20,000 nucleotides of DNA from Halocafeteria seosinensis. Its lineage: Eukaryota. Location: the NCBI GenBank assembly GCA_001687465.1, contig LVLI01000320.1:54216-74215 (forward strand), written 5' to 3'. Below the pieces are notes generated by a model, which was not told the origin of the DNA, ran no database searches, and saw nothing but the letters and a program-made list of their open reading frames with translations. Positions 10,567-20,000 of the stretch are shown piece by piece. Position 1 is the stretch's first letter. Each line of letters opens with the position of its first letter. The position numbers and the translations under genes are program-made.

Positions 10567-12031
10567 ATGCTGTCATCACAGCTGGTTCGACTTCCCAGCA
10601 CATTGCGTGGGTCTAACTTCGTACGCTGGGTATCACAAGCACCAAGCAGCAGGAATCGAAAGCCAAAACTTCCCAACAGGGCTCGCCGACCATCAAGCGC
10701 TGCCCCGACGCGTAGTAGCAAGCAACTTGGTAGATCCCCGTACTTTGATCCGTCAGAAGCTCCCCATCACTACGTCTGGAGTACAAAAATGAGCGTTGCC
10801 AGGGTCTATGCGGATGTAAACGAAAAGAGACCTCCATCCTATTGGGATTATGAAAACGTCACTGTGACATGGGGGTATGTTACTCAAGTGAATCTTGTTT
10901 TCGATTTCCCAATCTTTGCCAATTGTTTTTTCGAGCTTGCGCAGAGACCAAGAGGATTACGAGGTCATTCGTAAAATAGGACGAGGGAAATATAGCGAAG
11001 TATTCGAAGGCATTAATGTGTATAATCGACAGCGATGCGTAATCAAGATTCTCAAACCCGTCAAGAAGAAAAAGATAAAAAGGTACGCCGTTTGTGGATG
11101 TTCTGATTTTAGGAGTCGTTGGCTTGAATGGGCGTTGTCTTTTCGTTCGCTCAGAGAAATTAAAATTCTCCAGAATCTCTGCGGAGGGCCGAACATAATT
11201 AAACTCTTGGATGTCGTCCGGGATCCGAATAGCAAGACCCCCTGCTTAGTGTTCGAACACATCAACAACACAGACTTTAAAGTCCTGTATCCAACTCTCT
11301 GCGACTTTGATATTCGATATTATGTTCACGAAATTCTTGTTGGATTAGAGTATTGCCACAGTAATGGAATCATGCACAGAGATATTAAACCGCACAATAT
11401 CGTGATCGACCACGAAAATAGGAAACTCAGGATTATAGACTGGGGACTTGCGGAGTTCTATCACCGCGGCCGCGAATACAACGTACGGGTTGCATCAAGA
11501 TATTTCAAAGGTCCCGAGTTGCTTGTGGACCTTCAAGATTATGATTATAGTTTAGACATGTGGAGTCTCGGTGCCATGATCGCGGGAATGATCTTCAGGA
11601 AGGAACCTTTCTTTCATGGAAGTGATAATTACGACCAATTGGTTAAGATTGCCAAAGTATTGGGAACTGAGGATCTGTATAAATATCTTCGTAAATATGA
11701 TATTGAACTAGATCCTCAGTATGACGGATTGTTGGACAATTTTCCTAGGAAACCTTGGTCAAAATTCATTACAGCAGAAAATGCGCATTTAGTAACGCCA
11801 GAAGCTATCGATTTTTTAGACAAACTATTGCGATATGATCATCAGGAAAGACTGACTGCACGAGAAGCATTGGAGCATCCCTACCTAGCTCCTGTTCGGG
11901 CATCCAAGAGCAAAGAGAGTGGTGGTAGCGCATCTGAACATGGTTCAGAGGTAGGATCTTCTACTACGAACAGTGGGGGCGCAAGAGTGCTGCAAGAAAG
12001 CGTGGATGCTGCCATAGGCACCAATAGCTAA
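10567..12031 (+). CDS. CKA1: Casein kinase II alpha catalytic subunit, 440 aa from ATG 10567 or 366 aa from canonical ATG 10789; introns 10875-10944 and 11083-11154
   Basis: [85 protein letters not shown] matches CK2 alpha throughout. Confidence 0.97.
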
Positions 12032-12059
12032 TACACACTGTTTGGTTTGACGTATCAGA

Positions 12060-15000
12060 TTACTCAAGAGCAATTTCCGATTCGCTAGCTTGCTCTTTTC
12101 TTGGTTGCTCTTGCTCAGCATGAAGCTTCTGTTGTAGCTCATAGACACTCTCGCTGGCATTCGACGTTTCCAGACGTAGACGAGGATCCCTGATCGAAGC
12201 TGTATATCCGAACAGATTGCCATACTCATTATTGTCTTTCATAGCGTAAGAATGAAGACCTGTCATTCTACGTGCAGAGCGCTTGTTACTTCCCTGTCCA
12301 ACCGATAGAAGCTTGGTCTTAGCTGATTGTTCTAGTTTATAGAGCCTGGCAGTATGCTCGTGCAAGCTCTGAACTTCTTGTTTCTGGGAGGCAATTGCTT
12401 CCTGTAGGGCTTCATATTCTCGATCCAGTGTTTTCTCTCGGTCTGACAGAATCTGCAATTGCTCTTTGTTTTTCTCGATTTGCTCCTGTAGCTCTTGCAT
12501 CCGTTCACGCTGCTCTTCCTCCTCATCTGGATTTTGCTCCGTTTCGCTACCTTCCATACGGGAATCGGCCACCTTTTGAAGCTCCAGCATCTCTCGAAAT
12601 TCCTCATCCAGAATCCGTTCGATCTTCTCCTTTTCAAGTGGAACGCTAACCTTCTGCGAGCGTTTCATAATGAGTTCATTACTGAGGCTATCGAGATAGG
12701 CTTTACCATTTTGATACTCCCGCTGGACACTTTGTCTCTTTGATGAGATTTCGTCGAACTGCTCCTTATAGTGCTGGAGGGACGACCAAGATTTGTCGTA
12801 ATATGCTCGTACTCTTGCTTTAGGCCTGTAGAGGCCTTCTTTGTAATCCGTAAGTATCTCCACCGGCAAACTCTCCCAATACGTTGGCCTTCCTCTCTGA
12901 TTTACAGTTTTACCAAAGCAGTGGCCGCACGTTAGGAACCGAATAACACGAATTACTCCATTGGACATGAAATGGTACACGAGGAATGCTATGATCATCA
13001 GCAAGAGCACAACCAATAACGGTAGAGTAGCCGGCGTTGTCGACCTTTCACCCACTCGATACGATTCCGAACCAATTGAAGTAATCTTATTAAAGATTTT
13101 TGCGCCTGTGCTAGTGCTGTTCCCCGAGAAGAGACTCCCGAAGCTACTCACTAAGCTGGCCGCATCATCGACGGCAGACTTTGGAGGAAATATCCTCTCA
13201 TTGGACAACATCCAAATCGATACCATAAGAAACAGCACCGCTGCTAGCGGAAGTATCGTCAGGACGCGGTTGGACAGAAGATTGGAAAGCCTGGGGGGTG
13301 TACGGTACACTCTTGTAAAGAAAAATTTGTCCATGTAGTAGAGCACCACATGGTACAAGGCAGCAATCGGAAGAAGAACCGGAATTCCTGTGCAGTACAT
13401 CAAACAAAGAAAAACTATGGCCAACTGACGAGCGTATCGTTCGTCGAGCATCATCGTTGGTCCAGCGTAAAGCTTGTTGAGCTGAGTTTGAGTAATTTGA
13501 CGAGTTACATGACTGTTAAGAGTTCCCCTTCTGTCCCAGCAACGTAACAACGATTTCCTGAACATTTTAGTTAGCACGGAACCATGATCAATGAAGATGT
13601 TAATGATGACAGCCGCAGTTAAGGACAAACCCACATCAGTGTACCAGTTAGCTGTAAAATCGCGATATTCACCCATGCGGAAAATGCTTAGACGGGAGTC
13701 CAAATAAGCGTTCACCAAGATCAACAGCACACCAGTGTTTAGCAATGCGAGTAAGAACACTTTCATGGCTCGACTCAGGATTTCGGCCCCTCTATTCGGC
13801 AGCTTTTCAAATCCAACTAGTGCTTTCATAAAGGCGCGCAGTAAGAAGTTGATAGTAATGATGATAGCCACAGATCCGTAACTTGCTATTTGAGCCTTAA
13901 CATAGTTATTGAACCATTCTTCGCACAACAGCACTGTCTCTGTTGTCCCGTCCTCAAATTCCAACAAAAACTCTTCCTCTCGCATTTCCGATCTCCCCTT
14001 TTCTCTCCAGAGCCACTGGCAGTAACACTGAATTCGTCCTTGTCGTACTTGAGAGCTCTCCTTCTTTGCTGGATCATACCGCGGTAGTTCGTCTTGTATT
14101 GCTAGTTCCTTGTTGAAGGGATCAATTAAAGTCTTACAATCTACATTCAAAAACTCTCGGTTTAGAGATCTACTTGTCTCCTCTGTAAAGAACACTGCGA
14201 CAGCAGCAATGAAGAGCACGCATATCGTCACCAGCATTGTGGCGCTCAGTCTCAGACGCCGGTTGGTCGACGATACAGGGATATTTTCCCATATCACGTC
14301 AGATGGGGAGGGTGCACCAGTAGCTCGTATGGTTATGCCATGAAGCTTCTTCTCCTTCCGGCTACAACAGTTAGCGAAGGAAGAATTGGGAAACTCGCGG
14401 AGCGCACGGAGTTTCCCTTCTTCGGTTACAAATGTTACAAACGCCGACACTGCTCTATCAGCTTTCATATCCTGTTGGGTTACTGTTATTTCCTTGTCCA
14501 AGCTACTAATTTTGTTGATGAGTTTGTATATGCGCCGGATGCATCGTGTCACCTCTTCGTCCTCGGGCGGAATTTTCTCACAACAGCCAGTGTGTACTTT
14601 CAGCGTCCCTTCTCGAATGCAGTCCTTTGCTTGACTATATGATAATCCCATTAATTGCAAAAAATACTCCTCAGTCTCCAGCTTGTGCAATAGTCTTCCT
14701 CTTTCTTTCAACTTGCCCATCACTTCGCTGTAGTCCATACAAAAGTTAATATCGGCGACCTCGATCACGTCATTGTGCTCTGCGACAGGAGGTGAATGCG
14801 TCAGGAGCATTTCCAGGTGCCGCTGAAGTACTACCTCTAACTGTTCTGTGCTATCGTGCTCAGGCAAACGGCCAATAAAGATGGTAAAGTCTTCCGCCGA
14901 AGTTACGTTGAACAACTCTGTTTCTTCTCTTTCCAACGTAGTGAGGAAGCACATTCCAACAATGAAAATCCCTACAATCAGTACGGAAATTAGCATAAGA

Positions 15001-16468
15001 ACGATAGATACTGTGTCTCTCTCGATTTCCAAATTTAGGATCCCAATAGAGACTTTGACCGGGAAGCATGTTGCCACGGCAGCAAGATTCAAAACAGGTA
15101 AGCAGTGATCCCCTATTTCTCCCGTAGAGTTGAAAGCAACTTGGCACAGAAAGGTACCATCGTCCGCAGGCATTTTTTCCTCTCCTTCATCTTCCTTACA
15201 AATATCCTTTCCTTCTTCATTTTTGACGGGAGACATTGTCTGTAGTGTATTGGGATCCACGCGGAAGGAACACGATGATAACCCCAAGCACCTGCGAGTC
15301 CCAAACTCTACCGCCTTCTTGGAAGAACACGACTCGTCCCCATACCGAAGGTGTAAGTTCGAAAAGTCAGCCCGTCCATCCGAGGTTCTCTTATCGGAAC
15401 AGCATGCAGCATCGAAGAACACGTCCCCCGTTGGGACAACTTTGACTTCTCTTTCCCCATCGAAATGAGGAAACTCAGCCGGGCATTGTGGATCGGGTTG
15501 TTGTGTGGCAGGACATTCGCATGCACCACGGACGTCTCCATAAATCACTCTTATCTTTCCAATAACGAAATCTCGCGGGCATTCCAGGGTGAGTTCTTCT
15601 TCACTTTTAGCATTCGCCCGTCTACAGGAGTCAGTGCCTTCCCCTAGATTCCCTGCAGTGGAATTACAGAGCTTTTTGTGTGTAACCGCGTTAGGCTTAC
15701 TAGAGCCCGTGCATGTATTCACACACCCATTGTTAGTAGCGAGGGGTACTCGTCTGCTGAAACTACCTCGTCATTGAAATTGTCACCATTAAAGTACAAT
15801 ACCATTGCCGGAATCGAGACGATGGTCAGAACAGTAAACAACACCGCCATAAATTTCTGTAATTCAGGAACAACTAGTGCTAAGTAGATATTTGCCACTT
15901 GCTGATAGGGTTTCCTCACCAAGTATTTGAAGTACAGCACTATACCAATACCATAATTAACAAATTCCGAGTCCTTTATCTCCGTGTAATTTTTTGGTTT
16001 CATGCAACTGGAATCAAAAGGCTTGAAGTATCAATGCGTCATTCTTTTGACCTGTATCTCTTCTCCTTACACAAATCTTCCTGTTTTGGTTGCGCAAAAC
16101 GGATGGCGCTTGAACTTGGAATAGGTATATCCTGACTCGTCCATTTGTGTCGTTTGCCGATGAGGGTGGTTACGTTCTATACTGGCTTTGACCTGCGAAG
16201 TACCATCATTCGATCCCCTCTCAACACATACCTACGGAATATCCATGTAACATACTTTAGCCTTGGAGAGGTGGAATGGCCCCTTAGGGCTAAAACCGAT
16301 ATCCAAGGCGCCTTTGTTGTCCACTCGCTTGTAGCCCGTTGCCATGGCTTCATGATCACTTTCGTCCGGCTGCTGACTAAATGAGACATTTTTCCCTTTG
16401 GAGCTGGCAAAGTTTTTCTGCTCTGGAGTAGCCTCACCATCGGCCATCTCGTGTTGCTGGGCTGACAT
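12060..16468 (-). CDS. OSCA/TMEM63(CSC1)/TMC-superfamily multi-pass ion channel-like protein with a Cys-rich SUEL-lectin-like extracellular insert and a C-terminal coiled coil, ~1381 aa; exons 16468-16256, 16192-16071, 16007-15920, 15856-15727, 15652-12060
   Basis: YGIGIVLYFKYLKFMAVLF (first TM), SAEDFTIFIGRLP, SAFVTF, APSPSDVIWENI, YRDFTANWYTDVG and ERYARQL..MYCTGIPVLLP..YYMDK..YRTPP, with about 10-11 hydrophobic segments. Four GT-AG introns (63, 63, 63, 74 nt) give a 4146-nt frame. Confidence 0.85.
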
Positions 16469-16801
16469 AACTGCTGCAACTGACTATGCTGACGCTAAAA
16501 TTAGCCGCAGCGTAGTTTGTTGCTGTTAGCTAAAATCATAAACCCAGATATACCGTCTTAAAAGATGAATGATGTACGTTTAACTAAACTATTGCATAGT
16601 GCATCGATACCAGCGAATTTCAAACGATGGCTTTCTGTGGAAACCGTTCATCGGACTTCAACAAAAGGACAACTGTGAATGAAGAACAGGAAAGCTTGTG
16701 AATTTTGAGAGTCCGAAGCGTAGCATGATCCCAAGATAACAACGTCGGTACCAAGTTCTTGATTACTTTCATCAGGGAATGTCTTTCATTATGTGCACTG
16801 G

Positions 16802-19490
16802 CTATCTGCTGCTATTTTCCCCATTCGTTTCTCTACTACTTCCAACGATGAGTTGATGAAGTATGTCTTTCGTGTACCGTAGGCGTCTAGAAATATCAGG
16901 CCTGTCTTCATTCAGGATAGTGGCAAGCACATGGTGAGTGCGGTTCCCTGATTGATCCACGTACGATATCAACGGTGCCTCGGCAGATAAAACTATGCTG
17001 CTTTTGTCCTTGAAGTTAACTTGAACTGTTCGGTTAGACAGCCGAAACAAAATGGCATGTGGTGTTCGTACCCATTTTTTAACAAACGGCATCTCACACG
17101 CCTCACTCCCAGCTGCAATAGCCGTTGTTTCTTCATCAGATGCGTGTTGCTTTTTCCTCTGCTCTTCAAAAAGAAACCCTTTAAAGTGTTTCAGCAGAGT
17201 TACTTTCTTCTTGAGCGTAGACGGATAGTTTGATAATGAATAAGCATGTCTGGCAGATGACTTTTTGGCATCGCCATTTCTTTCACCAGTCTGCTTCTGC
17301 GGAGTTCTCTCAACATATTCAAAATTTTCTCCATTGGAGGCCAAAATTATCTTCGTAGTATCGTTGAAAAATACACCAACGGAACCATTGCTCAACAAGT
17401 AAGCCATTCCGTACTTCTCTGTGTAGTCCAGCCATGTAGTTACCCATATGGAAGGTTTCTCGGGCCTCTCATCAGTGGCGACCTCCTCAGGATGGCTAAA
17501 ACTATCAGTTAACTTCCGGTGCATCTTTTTCAGCGTGTCGACGTCGTGTCTGAGGTTTCTATTGAAATTGTTGCTGGCGGGTGTGTGAGAAGAGTCTTGT
17601 TTGTGGCATTCTCCATCTGTTCCGGAAGCAACGCCTGCACCTGCGTTGAATTGAAAATCTTTACTGCTCCCACGACCGCTGTTTCTAGTGACCTTCGTGA
17701 CCGATGCGGCGTCTTCTTGATTCGGATAGTCGTCTTGCTCTTGTTCTTCGTGAATTACTGCTGGAGGTGACACCGTCGGTTTCCCCTCGGGTGCCAACGG
17801 AGGAGCCGCCGGTTTAGTACCTGATACCGCTTTCCTCAAACAATCTGAGTCTTTGTCTTGTACTCCGTGGGCGTCACGCGTCTGCTTCCTACCTCCATCC
17901 ATCATGTGTAGTTCGTCCATACCGGCTCTCAGACTCTCAACGTTTTCCTTGTTTTCTTGAGTACTTTTTCCGTTTGTGGCAGAAACAGAGCGTTTCACTT
18001 CCACACGTAAACCTCCGAGCGGCTTCGCGAGCATTTCACGGACAACCTGATGTCCAGGTTCACATTCTATAGAGTCAAGGTTGGGTTCCTCATGAGCCAC
18101 TGACGGAGGAAGTCCAGTTGGAATAAAGTTCGTTGCCTTAGCGAAAAACGGGTGCCAGCAAACTTCGTCAATCGTGGGTCGTTTTGAAGGGCTGGGGTGT
18201 AGCAAGGACCTAACTAGGTCCTGCGCGTCGCTGGAAACGGAACAGTGAGGAGGAAACGAATAGATATTCGACTTAATCCTTTTATATGTCGTTTTCACGT
18301 CTTTAGTCTCGAACGGGGGTGTTCCCACTAACATTGTGTACATGATTACTCCAAACGACCACAAATCTGCCTCTGAAGAATGGGAACCAGAGAGTACCTC
18401 CGGAGCTATATAGTTTGGCGTTCCACAGACAGTTTGTTTGCGTTCCTCTGCGTAGTCCAGACAAGCTGCAAGTCCGAAATCACCAAGTTTGACGCTCATG
18501 TCTTTTCCTAGGAACAGATTTCCCAGTTTCAAATCTCTATGAATAATGTTGTTCCTGTGCAAATATCGAATCGCATCGAGCAACTGCAGTCCATAGTATC
18601 TAACTTCCATCTCCGTAAGCGTTTTTCGTTTCTTGAGTACCTCCATAAGGGTCTGCAATGCGCAGGTGGCTTCCCCTAGCTCGGAGTTCTTCCCTACACA
18701 TATCCAAATGCACGTACCTCGTTGGGACAAACCTCAAGCATGATGTAGACGTGCTGTTTGTCCTCAAAGAACGATTCAAAACCAACTATATGGCGATGTT
18801 CCAGTGAGCGATGTATCCGTATTTCGGTGAGTAGCTGTGGGGACATAGACTCCTCAGTCATGTTCAGTGGCAGGCTCGACAAACCACAGGGTGAAGACCT
18901 ACTTTTTGCTTTGCACTTGACTTCGTCAACGAGCTCTTTTCCACCACCTTCCCCGCTAATATCTTTTGCTTTTCAAGATTCGTGAACTGGTATACTTTCG
19001 CGAATCCTCCCTGTGTGAAAATAAAAATATAGAGATGATCCATCGACGAGGTTTCCAGCACGGAACGTTTACAGCCGTTAATACTATATACATCTTGTAG
19101 AAGAGTGAAACAAATCGATGTAATCAGCTTGAGAGCTAATATCGATAGAATATACAATTTAGTACCCCTAAACATATTGCAGCTCACCTTCCCAAGCAAC
19201 TTTTCCTTTCGATATCTTCTCACGACCGTCGGGCCTGTGCTTTGCTTCCGGCGATCCTCCACGATCACGGGCCCAGAGCTGGCATTTGTGGAAGACTGTG
19301 CTGAGTTTGGACGGGTATCGGAGGGTTTGCTTCTACTCTGGTGTGCTACCCCCTCGTTTAGTAGCTGTCGGCTTTTTTGAGAAAGCTGTCGCGGTTGATT
19401 TGCCTGGAAGTTCCGGTTGGCGCCAAGTTCCCCAAGAGGTGCTCGACGGGCTGCATGCCCATTGTGCCTCTCCGGATATATGTTTTCCAT
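16802..19490 (-). CDS. PLK1: Polo-like kinase (PLK1/Cdc5-type), ~792 aa; exons 19490-19188, 19010-18903, 18834-18718, 18652-16802
   Basis: [61 protein letters not shown], plus polo boxes [29 protein letters not shown] and [24 protein letters not shown]. Confidence 0.96.
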
Positions 19491-19812
19491 GTTGTGTCAA
19501 GCCCCCTCAACCAGCGGCATATAAGGAGAATGAACTATGCCAACAACACTATCTTCGTAAACGCGTTTTATGAAGGAAGCGCGCCGTCACAAGGCTCTGA
19601 TTTGAGACGAGCCCCGGGCCTGCAGCCCGGTCCGTCGGCTGCCCGGATCGGGGACCCGGGGCCCCCCCGATTCGGGGTACTACCGGGTATTTAATTATTA
19701 CCACTACATACACTGTAATACATCGCGCAATGCTCAGTAGTTACAGTAATTAGCAGACCAGTAGTAGCGCGAATTAGTGTCTAACTTATTGGTACTACCG
19801 TGGTGTGGCTAT

Positions 19813-19976
19813 GGATGCGGTCAACTTCCCGGCCGGTGGGCTGAGCTTAATCAGTGCTGTGTTCCCTCACGGCGCATGTCAGCAAGGCTGCAGGAACAGC
19901 GGGCCCGTCGCTGCTTAACACGGGCGCATACCGCTCCTCGTTAAGAGGATGCGGTCAACTTCCCGGCCGGTGGGCT
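19813..19976. repeat. Perfect 30-bp direct repeat GGATGCGGTCAACTTCCCGGCCGGTGGGCT at 19813-19842 and 19947-19976, with a 104-bp spacer
   Basis: Exact match of both copies read from the sequence. Confidence 0.95.
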
Positions 19977-19988
19977 ATCTGTCACATT

Positions 19989-20000
19989 TGTGTGTGTGTG
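19989..20000. repeat. (TG)n microsatellite running off the window end
   Basis: The window ends in tgtgtgtgtgtg. Confidence 0.7.

Noticed and set aside
12332..15777. Numerous antisense and alternate-frame ORFs of 60-125 aa over the channel gene and other genes
   Set aside because: Shadow ORFs of real CDSs, with no recognisable motifs.
1421..19490. Fragmented kinase and channel ORFs as pseudogenes or frameshifts
   Set aside because: Breaks are explained by canonical GT-AG introns that restore conserved motifs exactly.
9..19490. TGA reassignment, since all ten genes end in TAA or TAG
   Set aside because: No in-frame TGA occurs in long exons (e.g. the 3.6-kb channel exon), and conserved Trp residues use TGG. 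The sample is small.
19377..19694. 105-aa plus-strand ORF
   Set aside because: It is antisense to PLK exon 1 and runs into the GC-rich palindromic block, with no domain signal.
19813..19976. CRISPR array interpretation of the 30-bp repeats
   Set aside because: Only two copies, a 104-bp spacer, no cas genes, and a eukaryotic intron-containing context.

Overview
Gene-dense eukaryotic nuclear DNA, probably a protist or alga with a compact genome (taxon not determinable here). It has short GT-AG spliceosomal introns, mostly 63-75 nt. Splicing by hand gives ten genes: an unknown Ser/Pro-rich protein (+), a NEK kinase (+), MICOS subunit Mic10 (+), a calmodulin-like EF-hand protein with a Pro/Gly/Arg tail (+), an atypical DYRK-like kinase (-), snRNP protein SmD2 (+), a TPR-prefoldin fusion (-), CK2 alpha with an N-terminal extension (+), an OSCA/TMEM63/TMC-like channel with an extracellular SUEL-lectin-like insert (-), and a polo-like kinase (-). 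The last ~400 bp are GC-rich and hairpin-rich, with a perfect 30-bp direct repeat. Best leads: (1) an Hsp70/90-clamp TPR domain fused in frame to a prefoldin subunit-1-like domain, (2) the lectin-bearing channel, (3) a candidate 11-nt poison micro-exon in SmD2, (4) a probably organelle-targeted CK2 alpha isoform, (5) the structured repeat element. All family calls come from motif recognition; no database search was run, so novelty is unverified.
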